A stretch of 64,000 nucleotides of DNA, taken from assembly GCA_034520945.1 (NCBI GenBank), contig JAXHNB010000006.1, positions 1-64,000 on the forward strand. Direction: 5' to 3'. Source of the DNA: Trueperaceae bacterium. GTDB lineage: Bacteria; Deinococcota; Deinococci; Deinococcales; Trueperaceae. This document shows, piece by piece, positions 18,191-27,231 of the stretch (position 1 is the stretch's first letter; the number at the start of each line of letters is the position of its first letter). The notes under the pieces are model-generated. The model was not told the origin of the DNA. It did not search any database and saw only the letters and a program-made list of their open reading frames with translations. The translations under genes were made by a program, and so were the position numbers.

Positions 18191-19810
18191 TCAGCGCTCG
18201 GCCAGCTCGGTGCCGCCGCCGCGCAGGAAGTTCAGCATCCCGTCTGCCAGCGCGTCGGCCAGGGTTTGCTGGTACGACGCCTGCGTGAGGCGGCGCCCCT
18301 CCTCGGGGTTGCTCACGAAACCCAACTCGACCAGGATGGCGGGGATGCGGGCGGTGCGGATGACGTAGAACAGGTTCTGCCGAACCCCGCGGTCGCGCGC
18401 GCCGGTGGCGGACACCAGGGCGTTCTGCACGCGGTTGGCCAGCCCCAGGCTGTAGTTCAGTTGGGTCTCGCGCAGGATGTCGCCGGCGATGTCGGCCGAG
18501 TCGGCCGCTTGGGCGGTGAGGGTGGCGCCGAGCTCGCCGCCGCCGTTCTCGCGGATGGCGCGGTCGATCAGGCTGGGGTCCAGCGGCCGGCCGAACACCC
18601 AGGTCTCGATCCCCTGCGCCTGACGGTTGGGGGCGGCGTTGGCGTGAATGGACACGAACACGTTCCGCTCGGTCGTCGCGAAGGTGGAGCGTTCCTGCAG
18701 GGTCAGGAACTCGTCCTGGTCCCGCGTGAGGATCACCTCGACCCCCGCGTCGCGCAACCGCTCGGCCAGCAGGGTCGCGACGTTCAGCACGATCTCCTTC
18801 TCCTGCGCCCAACTGCTGACCGTGCCCGGGTCGTGCCCGCCGTGCCCCGCGTCGATCACCACCGTCGGCGTCCGCTCGGGACGGGGCCGCGCCGCCGCCG
18901 GGGTTGGGCGGGCCGTGGCCGGGACCGGGCCCGTGGCGGGGTCCCCCTGCAGCGAGGGGCCGACGTCCAGGTAGGTCACCCCGCCGGCGGTGCGGCCCAT
19001 GCGGTACCCCGCGCCGTTCGCGTCCACGGCGTGCGAAACCTCCAACATCAAGGCCGCCTCGCCGTCCACCTGCCGGCCGTACAGGCGCGTCAGCGGCTCG
19101 GGCCCGCCCCGTTGGTCCAGGGGCGGGAGCCGCATGCCCGGCAGAACGAGGGCCAGCGTGTCGTCCCCGACCCGAAGCTCCGGCGTAACGTCGTTGGGCA
19201 CCTCCAGGGCCACGCGAACGAAGCCGTCGTGCCGCCCGATCCGTGGCTCCGCGACACCGGAGGCGCCGGGATCCGGCGCGCCCACCTCGGCGCTGTCCAC
19301 CGCGATGACCCGCGCCTCCGACGACCATTCGCTGCGGCCACCGAACGCCTCCACCAGTGGGGAGATCGGCACGTAGCTGGTGCCGTCCACCAGGATGGCG
19401 TGGGGGACCGCCCGCGCGAACGGCTGGCCGTCGACGGTAAAGGCGTCGTCGCTGCGCTGCAGCCCGGCCTTCACGTCCGAGGTGATCCGCCACACCGCGC
19501 GCGTGCCGCCGGCCTCGAACAGCAAACGGTCCTGCGCACCGTCGTAGGTGAGGTTCACCTCCAGCGCCTCGGCGAAGGGGGCCGCCTTGGCGTAGGCGTT
19601 GCTGGAGTCGCCGTAGGAGGTGAAGTAGTACGGCCCGACCTCGTCCAGGAGGGAGCCGTCGACGGCCAAGAAGTTCAGCCGTTGCTGGGCGAGGCCCACC
19701 CCCGCCATCAGGGTGCTCACCAGCAGGAGCAACGCCCACGCGAAGACGGCGAATCTTCGCGTCCTACCGTGCGTGGGGCGCAAGAATCGCGCTGCAGGGC
19801 GGCATGTCAT
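18191..19810 (-). CDS. N-acetylmuramoyl-L-alanine amidase (Amidase_3) with N-terminal accessory domains
   Basis: VVIDAGHGGHDPG, EK, LTR, FVSIHAN, ILVELGFVSN; signal peptide. Confidence 0.92.
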   Translation of the reverse strand: MTCRPAARFLRPTHGRTRRFAVFAWALLLLVSTLMAGVGLAQQRLNFLAVDGSLLDEVGPYYFTSYGDSSNAYAKAAPFAEALEVNLTYDGAQDRLLFEAGGTRAVWRITSDVKAGLQRSDDAFTVDGQPFARAVPHAILVDGTSYVPISPLVEAFGGRSEWSSEARVIAVDSAEVGAPDPGASGVAEPRIGRHDGFVRVALEVPNDVTPELRVGDDTLALVLPGMRLPPLDQRGGPEPLTRLYGRQVDGEAALMLEVSHAVDANGAGYRMGRTAGGVTYLDVGPSLQGDPATGPVPATARPTPAAARPRPERTPTVVIDAGHGGHDPGTVSSWAQEKEIVLNVATLLAERLRDAGVEVILTRDQDEFLTLQERSTFATTERNVFVSIHANAAPNRQAQGIETWVFGRPLDPSLIDRAIRENGGGELGATLTAQAADSADIAGDILRETQLNYSLGLANRVQNALVSATGARDRGVRQNLFYVIRTARIPAILVELGFVSNPEEGRRLTQASYQQTLADALADGMLNFLRGGGTELAER

Positions 19811-19897
19811 CGCCCCCCAACCTAGCATGCGACGCCCCCGGAATCCTGAGCAAAATGGCACGAGCGCTTCATGAGCCGGCCGGCGACGTGGCCGCGA

Positions 19898-20476
19898 TCA
19901 GCTGCGCGAGCGATCCCGCTCGGCCTCGCGCTCCGCGTCCGGGCGCTCGTCGTCCGTGGCCGCGCCTTCCTGGGCAGGCGCCGCGTCCGTGCGCCGCTTC
20001 GCTTCGGTCGTTTCGGTCGCTTCGGTCGCATCGGACGGTTCCGACGGGTCGGGCGCTGGGTCCGAGGCGTGCGCCTTGGCATCGCGCGGCGGGGACGCCG
20101 GCGCGTCGTCGGCGCGGGCGTCCTGGGCCGAGGCGGAGAGGCGGCGCGGCGCCAGCCCGTCCAGCGTGACCCGCTCGCTTCGGGTGTTCTTCAGGCGCTG
20201 GCGCAGCTCCTCCTCGCCGACCAAACGGTACGCCCCGTCCTCGAGGTGGTCGTGAACCGACTTGTACGCCTGGGTGAGATGGTCGACGCGTTTGGCGGTC
20301 TCGGCGTAGTGCTCGGCGACCTCGCGGCGGTAGCCCTCCAACTCCTGCTGCAGGGCGCGGACGCTCTCCCGGTCGCCGTACTGGCGGCGCACGATCCACA
20401 GGGCCGCCGCCCCGCCCAGGACGGCGCCGAGAAGGAGGGCGCCAACGATGAACAGCCACGTGGTCATCAATGTCAT
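19898..20476 (-). CDS. YhcB/ZapG (DUF1043)-like membrane-anchored coiled-coil protein
   Basis: N-terminal TM then ELEGYRREVAEHYAETAKRVDHLTQAYKSVHDHLEDGAYRL. Confidence 0.7.
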   Translation of the reverse strand: MTLMTTWLFIVGALLLGAVLGGAAALWIVRRQYGDRESVRALQQELEGYRREVAEHYAETAKRVDHLTQAYKSVHDHLEDGAYRLVGEEELRQRLKNTRSERVTLDGLAPRRLSASAQDARADDAPASPPRDAKAHASDPAPDPSEPSDATEATETTEAKRRTDAAPAQEGAATDDERPDAEREAERDRSRS

Positions 20477-20558
20477 AAGGAGTGAGGCTATCACGGTGGG
20501 GCGGCTGGGCCCGTTCGTCGCGCCGGACCTGCTGCTGGGCGAGCGTTCGACCGCCCTC

Positions 20559-20588
20559 TTGACACCTTATCAATTAAGGCATTAGGCT
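20559..20588 (+). promoter_or_regulatory. sigma70-type promoter TTGACA-N18-TAGGCT with palindrome CCTTA-N5-TAAGG in the spacer
   Basis: Direct reading; GGAGGAG RBS at 20641. Confidence 0.55.
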
Positions 20589-20652
20589 CGCCTTGGTCGC
20601 ACCGCCGTTCCGGCACGAGGTCGGATGGGTGGGACGGCCGGGAGGAGTCGCC

Positions 20653-21096
20653 GTGTCCATGCTCGCCTACCTTGCCCTGGCATTCGCCGCGATCATCGTG
20701 ACCGGCACGGCCGCGGCATGGATACACGACGTCCTGGCCGTGCGCCTGAACCTGCCCTCCGCGGTGCCACCGGCCCAGCGATCCAGCCGGTACGCCGCCG
20801 CGCTCCGGGGCCGGGCACACCCGCGCCACGGGCACGGCGCCCAGGCGACCGCGGTCGCCGAACGGCACGTGCGCGACGCGCCGCGCCACGTCGCCTCCAC
20901 GGCGCGCGCGATGCGCGATTCGGACGTCACCCGCGCTGCCACGATGCCGATCTCGCCCGCCGCGTCCATGGAACGACCGCAGGTGCGGGTACGGCGCACC
21001 GTCCGCCGCGCCGAGACGACCGCCGCACGGGGCCGGTACCTCCCCCCGCTCGCGCGCAGCATCCTGCCCGGCACGGTGCGCGTCCGCGGGACGTAG
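20653..21096 (+). CDS. Hypothetical membrane-anchored basic protein
   Basis: RBS plus promoter upstream; hydrophobic N-terminus LAYLALAFAAIIVTG; Arg/Ala-rich tail. Confidence 0.4.
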   Translation: MSMLAYLALAFAAIIVTGTAAAWIHDVLAVRLNLPSAVPPAQRSSRYAAALRGRAHPRHGHGAQATAVAERHVRDAPRHVASTARAMRDSDVTRAATMPISPAASMERPQVRVRRTVRRAETTAARGRYLPPLARSILPGTVRVRGT

Positions 21097-21247
21097 GGGC
21101 GGCGACTTCGCGAGCGACAACGGCCGGCGCGCCGCCGTCCGCGGCTCTGCGACCGCAGGGCCACGCAGGTACGAGTCCCCCAGATCGCACTCGGTTGGGA
21201 TACCGGCCGTGCCTGAACGCTCAGGCGCCGCCATGACGAGCCCGACG

Positions 21248-23458
21248 TCAGCCCGGCGGGGGGTCGTCCGACGAGACGTCCGGCGCCTCCGGAGCGGTGG
21301 CCGCATCGGTCGAGGTCGACGCGCCGTCGGCGGGTGCGTTCGCCCCCTGCCGCGCCTCGGCCAACTCGCGCTCGAGCCGCGCACGCACCTCGCTCAGGTC
21401 CGCGTGCGCCTCCGGCCCCGACCGCGCGATCCACGGTTCCGCCCGCGCCACCTGCGCCGCGGCGGCCGAGGCGTCCCCCGACTCCAGGGTGTGCTGCGCC
21501 CGCGACAACAACGCCTGCGCGCGCAGGCTCGGCGGCACCTCCAACGATGAGGCGCGCTCGAACAAGGCATCGGCCCGCCCCAACGCGCCCTCCGACACCA
21601 ACTGCTCCGCAGCCGCCATGAAGTGGGCGTAGGCCGCGTCGTCCACCTGGCCCAGGCGAAAATGTTCACCGATCGCCTCCGACAGGGCCAGCGGGGCGCG
21701 CTCCTCCAGCCACGTCGCGATGCGCACGTGCACGTGCGGCCGGTCCGAGAACGGCACCATGCGCATCACCGCCCGGCGCAACAGTTCGCTCTGGAAGCGG
21801 TACTCCCGCTGTTCCGTGATGGACGAACCCGCCACCGGCACCAGCAGGTCCTCCGCCACCAACTGCTCGAACACGGCCCCCTGCGGCTCCGGCGACAACT
21901 CCCGCAACAGGCCGTCCCACACCCGCTCGCCCACCAACGAGGCGTGCGCCAACAACTGGCGGGCCGACGGCGGCACCCGGTCCAAACGCGCCTGCAGCAG
22001 CGACGCCAACGACAGCGAAACCGCCACGTTTTCCTGAAGCGACAACGCCCGCCCCAACTCGATCAGGTGCGACGGCGTGCCGCCCAACTGCTCCACCAAC
22101 GACCGCGCCGCCGGCACCATCGCCGGCTCGATCAACTGCCGGACGAGCGCCATGCACGCCTCCGGTGGCAGCGGCGCCAAGTGGACCGGCTCCACGCCCG
22201 AGGGCACCTCGCGCAGGCGCGCCGTCCGCACCACCAGGATCGGCGCTTCCTTCTCCAACAACAGCGACACGAACTGGTCCACCGACGCGGCCCCCGGATC
22301 GTCGTCCACCACCAGGATCAACGCGCCGCCCAACGTGCCCGCGTACGCCGCCAGTAGGTCGCGCCACGCCACGCTGGTCCGATCGGTCGAACGACGGTCC
22401 AGGCGACGCCACGTCGCCTGCTCCAGCAACGCCAAGCTGGCCAGGATCTCCCGGTGCCAACGCGGCTCCCCCGGCAACAACGCCTCCAAGGTGCGCTGGA
22501 CCCGCTGCTCCGTCGCCACCGAGTGTGCCGCCTCGTCCACGCCGAACACCACCGACGCCAGCTGCGACCACGGCATCTCCTCGCCCACCCCGACGCGCAA
22601 CCACACCAAGCGATCGGTCGGCGCCTCCGTCGCGCCCGCCCTGCCGCCGAACGTCTCGTGCAGCAGGCGGGTCTTTCCGCTTCCCGCCTCGCCCGCCAGC
22701 CAGCGGACGCGCGGCTGTTGCGAGGTCACCACCTGGTCCCGGTCCGCCCACAACCGAGCCCGCTCCTCCTCGCGCCCCACGAACGCCAGGTGACCGAACG
22801 GATCGGTCGGGCTTTCCTCCTCCAACGGTCGCATCCGGTACGCCCGCGTCACGTCCGGAAAGCCGTGCAGCGTCACCGGGCCGGTCTCCTCGAACGACAC
22901 GCGGTGCCGCACCGCCTCGAACGTCTCCGGCCCCACCCACACCTCGCCCGGTCGGGCCGCCGCCTCCAGGCGCGCCGCCAGGTTCACCGCGCTGCCCATC
23001 ACCGTGTAGTCGCGCACGCGGCCCGACCCGATGGCGCCCGCGATCACCACGCCGGTGTTCACGCCCGCCCGGCCGCGCAACGGAATGCCGCGCTGCGCGC
23101 CGATCCGCTCGATCGCGCGGAGCGACGCCGCCGCGGCCCGCACCGCACGCTCCGGATCGTCCGCATGCGAGTGCGGCGCGCCGAACAGCGCGATCAGGCC
23201 GTCCCCCCGGAAGGCGTCCACGTAGCCGTCGTACTCCCCCACCACCGCCGCGACGACCGTCAACACCTCGTCCGCCAGGTCGCGCAACTCCTCGGGATCC
23301 TGATCGCGCGTCACCTCGCTGAACGCCGCCAGGTCGACGAACATCACGCTCACCCAGCGCCGCTCGCGCCCCGTCCGCACGTCGTGCAACGGCCGGCCGC
23401 ACATGCCGCAGTAACGCATGCCGCCCGGATTCGACGCCCCGCAGCGCTGACAGGTCAT
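21248..23458 (-). CDS. Zinc ribbon + class III nucleotidyl cyclase + P-loop ATPase (STAND-like) protein
   Basis: CQRCG..YCGMCG; FVDLAAFS, FRGDG, YTVMGSAVNLAARLE; FVGREEE, GEAGSGKT; TATACT-N6-ATG. Confidence 0.88.
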   Translation of the reverse strand: MTCQRCGASNPGGMRYCGMCGRPLHDVRTGRERRWVSVMFVDLAAFSEVTRDQDPEELRDLADEVLTVVAAVVGEYDGYVDAFRGDGLIALFGAPHSHADDPERAVRAAAASLRAIERIGAQRGIPLRGRAGVNTGVVIAGAIGSGRVRDYTVMGSAVNLAARLEAAARPGEVWVGPETFEAVRHRVSFEETGPVTLHGFPDVTRAYRMRPLEEESPTDPFGHLAFVGREEERARLWADRDQVVTSQQPRVRWLAGEAGSGKTRLLHETFGGRAGATEAPTDRLVWLRVGVGEEMPWSQLASVVFGVDEAAHSVATEQRVQRTLEALLPGEPRWHREILASLALLEQATWRRLDRRSTDRTSVAWRDLLAAYAGTLGGALILVVDDDPGAASVDQFVSLLLEKEAPILVVRTARLREVPSGVEPVHLAPLPPEACMALVRQLIEPAMVPAARSLVEQLGGTPSHLIELGRALSLQENVAVSLSLASLLQARLDRVPPSARQLLAHASLVGERVWDGLLRELSPEPQGAVFEQLVAEDLLVPVAGSSITEQREYRFQSELLRRAVMRMVPFSDRPHVHVRIATWLEERAPLALSEAIGEHFRLGQVDDAAYAHFMAAAEQLVSEGALGRADALFERASSLEVPPSLRAQALLSRAQHTLESGDASAAAAQVARAEPWIARSGPEAHADLSEVRARLERELAEARQGANAPADGASTSTDAATAPEAPDVSSDDPPPG

Positions 23459-23594
23459 ACCTCGAGTATACGTACGGGCGTGCGCGCGTCCGGTCGTTCG
23501 GGGCGGTGGCGCGCGCGGCAACGCGGCGCTCCCACGCATCGCGCAGGAAGCGCTCGCCCCGACGCCGTCGCGGCCCGCGGTCCAGCCCCGACCG

Positions 23595-24887
23595 TTACAA
23601 CCCCAGAAGCGGCAACGGATCCACGAACGCCTCGCGCGTGCCATCCGACAGGCGCGCGTACAGCCGCAACACGTCCGGAGGCGGCAGCGTGCCGCCGCCC
23701 AGGTACCCGATCACCTGGCCGCGCTGCACCCGGTCGCCCACCTGCACCTCCGGGTCGGTCAGGTTGGTGTACACCGTCGTCAACGCCTCGTCGTGCCGAA
23801 CCGCCACCATGAACCCGTCGTTGGCGCCGATCGACTGCGCCGCCGTCACCACGCCGCCCTGCACCACGTACACCGGCGCGCCCTCCTCCTCGGCCCGGAT
23901 CGCCACGAACGAGTTGTTGCCGTCCCCGTATTCGCTCACCAGCGTCCCCCCGTCCAGCGGACCCACGAAGCCCGAGGGGTTCGGCTCCTGCGGCGAGGTG
24001 AGCGCCCGGATCCGCTCGGCGGTCCGGTCCGCCTCCGCCTCCAACGCCTCGCGCTGCTGCCGGTCGTTCACGAACGCCTCCGCCTCCTCGCGCAGGCGCG
24101 CCTCCTCCTCCCGCAAGCGCTGAATCTCGGCCTGCAGCCGCTCCTCGGTGCGGGCCAGCTCCGCCTCCAGCCGCTGCTGCGCCGCCATCAGCTCGGCCCG
24201 CTGCGCCTGCTGGCCCTCCTCCGACTGGTTCAACTGCGCGATGATCGACTCCAACTCGGCCCGCGCGTCCTCCTGCGCCGACCGCGTCGCCGCCAGCTCC
24301 TCCCGCGACGCGCTCAGCTCCGCCAACTGCTGCTCCAGGTCGGCCCGCAGGTCGCGCAACGACGACAGCCGCGCGTTCACCTCCTGGACCAACGCCACGT
24401 GCTGTTGCGACAGGATCGACAGGTACCGGTTCTTGACGCGCACGTCGTGCAGGCTGTCCGCCCCCGCCAACGCCGTCACGCTGCGCCCCTGCCGCTGCCG
24501 GTGCAGGCTCACCAACAGGGTCTGGATGCGGCCCTCCAGGCGCGCCAGATCCTCCTGCTCCGTCTCGATGCGCGCCTGCGTGTCCGCCCGTTCCGCCTCC
24601 AACTCCGCGATGCGGGCCTCCAGCGCGCGTTCCTCGGCCGCCAACTCCGCGATGCGGGCGCTGACCCGGTCGCGCTCGGCGATGCGCGCCTCCAGCTCGC
24701 CGCGCGTGTCGCCCAGCGCCTCCTCGATGCGGGCGATCTCGGCCTGGCGCTCCTCCAGCAGCGTCTGGTACTCCGACGCCTGCCGTTCCAGCTCCTCGCG
24801 CAACTGGCTGTCGACCTGCGCCGGCGCGACCGCCAGCAGACCCACCAGCAGGCACGCCAACGACGCCGCGAGCAGCCGCGCCGTCAT
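23595..24887 (-). CDS. envC: EnvC-like murein hydrolase activator (coiled coil + degenerate M23 domain)
   Basis: Signal peptide, long coiled coil, VQVGDRVQRGQVIG lacking HxxxD/HxH; ATGA overlap with ftsX. Confidence 0.78.
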   Translation of the reverse strand: MTARLLAASLACLLVGLLAVAPAQVDSQLREELERQASEYQTLLEERQAEIARIEEALGDTRGELEARIAERDRVSARIAELAAEERALEARIAELEAERADTQARIETEQEDLARLEGRIQTLLVSLHRQRQGRSVTALAGADSLHDVRVKNRYLSILSQQHVALVQEVNARLSSLRDLRADLEQQLAELSASREELAATRSAQEDARAELESIIAQLNQSEEGQQAQRAELMAAQQRLEAELARTEERLQAEIQRLREEEARLREEAEAFVNDRQQREALEAEADRTAERIRALTSPQEPNPSGFVGPLDGGTLVSEYGDGNNSFVAIRAEEEGAPVYVVQGGVVTAAQSIGANDGFMVAVRHDEALTTVYTNLTDPEVQVGDRVQRGQVIGYLGGGTLPPPDVLRLYARLSDGTREAFVDPLPLLGL

Positions 24888-25744
24888 TCGGACTCCTGCA
24901 GGTGCTGCGACACGCTGATGGCGCTGCCGACGATGCCGACCAGCAGCGAAAGGATCGCCAGCAACAGCGCCACCTGCGCCAGCACCCACGGGTCCTGCAC
25001 GAACGGCACGAACGTGAGTTGCGACTCCAGCCGCGCCACCACGTACTGGTACCCGGGGATCACCAACGCCAAGGTCAGCACCGCGCTGAACAGGCCCAAC
25101 AGGAACCCCTCGATCAGGAACGGCGCGCGGATGAACCCCCGTGTGGCGCCCACCAACCGCATCACCTCGATCTCCTTCTCCCGCGCCGCGATCGCCGCCC
25201 GAATCGAGTTCACGATCGCGAACAGCGCCGCACCCAGAAGCACCACGATCAGGATCGAGCCGCCCACCCGCAACGCGTCGTTGATGGCCAGGAACGTCTC
25301 GACCGCCTCGCTGCCGTCCTCCACGTCGCGCACCCCGGGCAGGCCCAACAACCGCTCGCGCACGTCGGGAGTGAGGGAGGGATCCAGCAGCCGCAACTCG
25401 ATCACGTCCGGCAACGGATTCTCGACCAGTTCCGCCGCAGGTTGCAGCGACGGCAGGTCGGACACCATCTGCGACAGCGCCCGGTCGCGCCCCACGAACT
25501 CGGTGGTGGCCACCTCCTCCCACTGCGAGACGGTGCGCATCAACAGGTTCGGATCGGCGTCGCGCGCCAGGAACGCCGTCATCTCCAGTTCCGTCTGCAG
25601 ATTGCGCAGCACGGCGTTCAGGTTGAGGCTGACCAGGCTGAAGCCCGCCAGGATCGTCAACGACAACGCCATGGTGGTAATGGTCGCCACGGAGGCGACC
25701 CAGTTGCCGCGGATGGCGCGCATGGCCTGTTGGAGCGCGTACAC
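24884..25744 (-). CDS. ftsX: Cell division permease FtsX
   Basis: ENPLPD, IVNSIR..IAAREKEIEVMRLVGATRGFIRAPFLIEG. Confidence 0.92.
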   Translation of the reverse strand: MYALQQAMRAIRGNWVASVATITTMALSLTILAGFSLVSLNLNAVLRNLQTELEMTAFLARDADPNLLMRTVSQWEEVATTEFVGRDRALSQMVSDLPSLQPAAELVENPLPDVIELRLLDPSLTPDVRERLLGLPGVRDVEDGSEAVETFLAINDALRVGGSILIVVLLGAALFAIVNSIRAAIAAREKEIEVMRLVGATRGFIRAPFLIEGFLLGLFSAVLTLALVIPGYQYVVARLESQLTFVPFVQDPWVLAQVALLLAILSLLVGIVGSAISVSQHLQESE

Positions 25745-25825
25745 GGTCGTCGTTCTATCCCGTCCGGCGGGCGCGCGGGTGAGTGCTGCCCGCACGCGTG
25801 TGGTGAAGGAAGGCGGCGGGCCCGC

Positions 25826-27112
25826 TCAAGGCATCGGGTGCCGCGCGGCCAGCGCCGTCACCTCGCCGGCCAACGCCGAGACGTCGGCGTCATCGGCGTC
25901 GTCCGGCATGGTCAGGGCCCGGTCGATCAGGTCGGCGACGGTGACCATCTCGTCGGCCTCGAAGGCGCGGGTGGCCAGCGCCGGCGTGCCCAGGCGGATG
26001 CCCGAGGTCACCCACGGCTTCTCCGGGTCGCCCGGCACCATGCTCTTCGACACGGTGATGTGAGCGCGCTGCAGGCGGGCGTTGGCCTTCTTGCCCGTCA
26101 AGCCCTGACCGCGCAGGTCCAGCACGAAGCAGTGATTGTCGGTCCCGCCCGACACCACGCGGTAGCCGCGCGCCGAGAGGGCGTCCGCCAACGCCGCCGC
26201 GGTGTCGACGATCCGCTGGGCGTAGGCGCGAAACGCCGGCTGCAGCGCTTCGAAGAACGCCACCGCCTTCGCCGCCACCACGTGCATCAGCGGCCCGCCC
26301 TGAATGCCGGGGAAGATGGTGCGGTCGATGCGTTTGCCCAGCTCGGCGTCGTCGCCGAAGATCACGCCGCTACGGGGGCCGCGCAGCGTCTTGTGCGTGG
26401 TGCTGGTCACCACGTGCGCGTGCGGCACCGGGTTCGGGTGCAGGCCCGCCGCGATCAGCCCCGCGATGTGCGCCACGTCCGCCAGCAAATACGCCCCCAC
26501 CTCGTCCGCCACCGCCCGGAACGCCTCGAAGTCCAGAATGCGGCTGTAGGCGCTGGCGCCCACCAGGATCATGCGCGGCCGGTGCTCCCGCGCCAACGCC
26601 CGCACGCTCTCCATGTCGACCCGTTCCGTCTCGGGATCGACCGGGTAGCCCACGATGCGGTAGTCCTGCCCCGAGAAGTTGACCGGGCTGCCGTGCGTCA
26701 GGTGCCCGCCGTGATCCAGGTCCATGCCCATCACGGTGTCACCGGGCTCCAGCAACGCCCGGTAGACCGCCATGTTGGCGCTGCTGCCCGAGTGCGGCTG
26801 CACGTTGGCCCAGGACGCCCCGAACAGCTCCTTCAGGCGCCGCGACGCCAGCCGCTCGACCTCGTCCACCACCTCGCAGCCGCCGTAGTAGCGCCGGCCC
26901 GGGTACCCCTCGGCGTACTTGTCGGTCAGGACGCTGCCGGTCGCCTCCCGCACCGCCGCGCTGGTGAAGTTCTCCGAAGCGATCAACTCGAGGCCGCCTC
27001 GCTGCCGCGCCTCCTCCCGCGCGATCAGCTCGAACAGGGTCTCGTCGCGTGGCAGCTGAGGCGACGCCTGGTCGGCACGCCCGGCGGCGGGGTCGGATCG
27101 GGACACGGTCAT
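25826..27112 (-). CDS. glyA: Serine hydroxymethyltransferase
   Basis: [48 protein letters not shown]. Confidence 0.97.
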   Translation of the reverse strand: MTVSRSDPAAGRADQASPQLPRDETLFELIAREEARQRGGLELIASENFTSAAVREATGSVLTDKYAEGYPGRRYYGGCEVVDEVERLASRRLKELFGASWANVQPHSGSSANMAVYRALLEPGDTVMGMDLDHGGHLTHGSPVNFSGQDYRIVGYPVDPETERVDMESVRALAREHRPRMILVGASAYSRILDFEAFRAVADEVGAYLLADVAHIAGLIAAGLHPNPVPHAHVVTSTTHKTLRGPRSGVIFGDDAELGKRIDRTIFPGIQGGPLMHVVAAKAVAFFEALQPAFRAYAQRIVDTAAALADALSARGYRVVSGGTDNHCFVLDLRGQGLTGKKANARLQRAHITVSKSMVPGDPEKPWVTSGIRLGTPALATRAFEADEMVTVADLIDRALTMPDDADDADVSALAGEVTALAARHPMP

Positions 27113-27231
27113 ACCGGCGAGGATATCAGGGCCGGATCCCCCGGCCCGGCCGTCGCGCAGCAGCGCACAGCGGGCCCGCGCCTGCCTACGATGGGGGTGA
27201 CGCCCCGCCCCGTGCCTGCCGGAGGTGCCGC

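Noticed and set aside
20001..20036. 9-bp tandem repeat (TTCGGTCGN) x3-4
   Set aside because: Encodes ATE/TTE low-complexity tail; no spacers, not CRISPR
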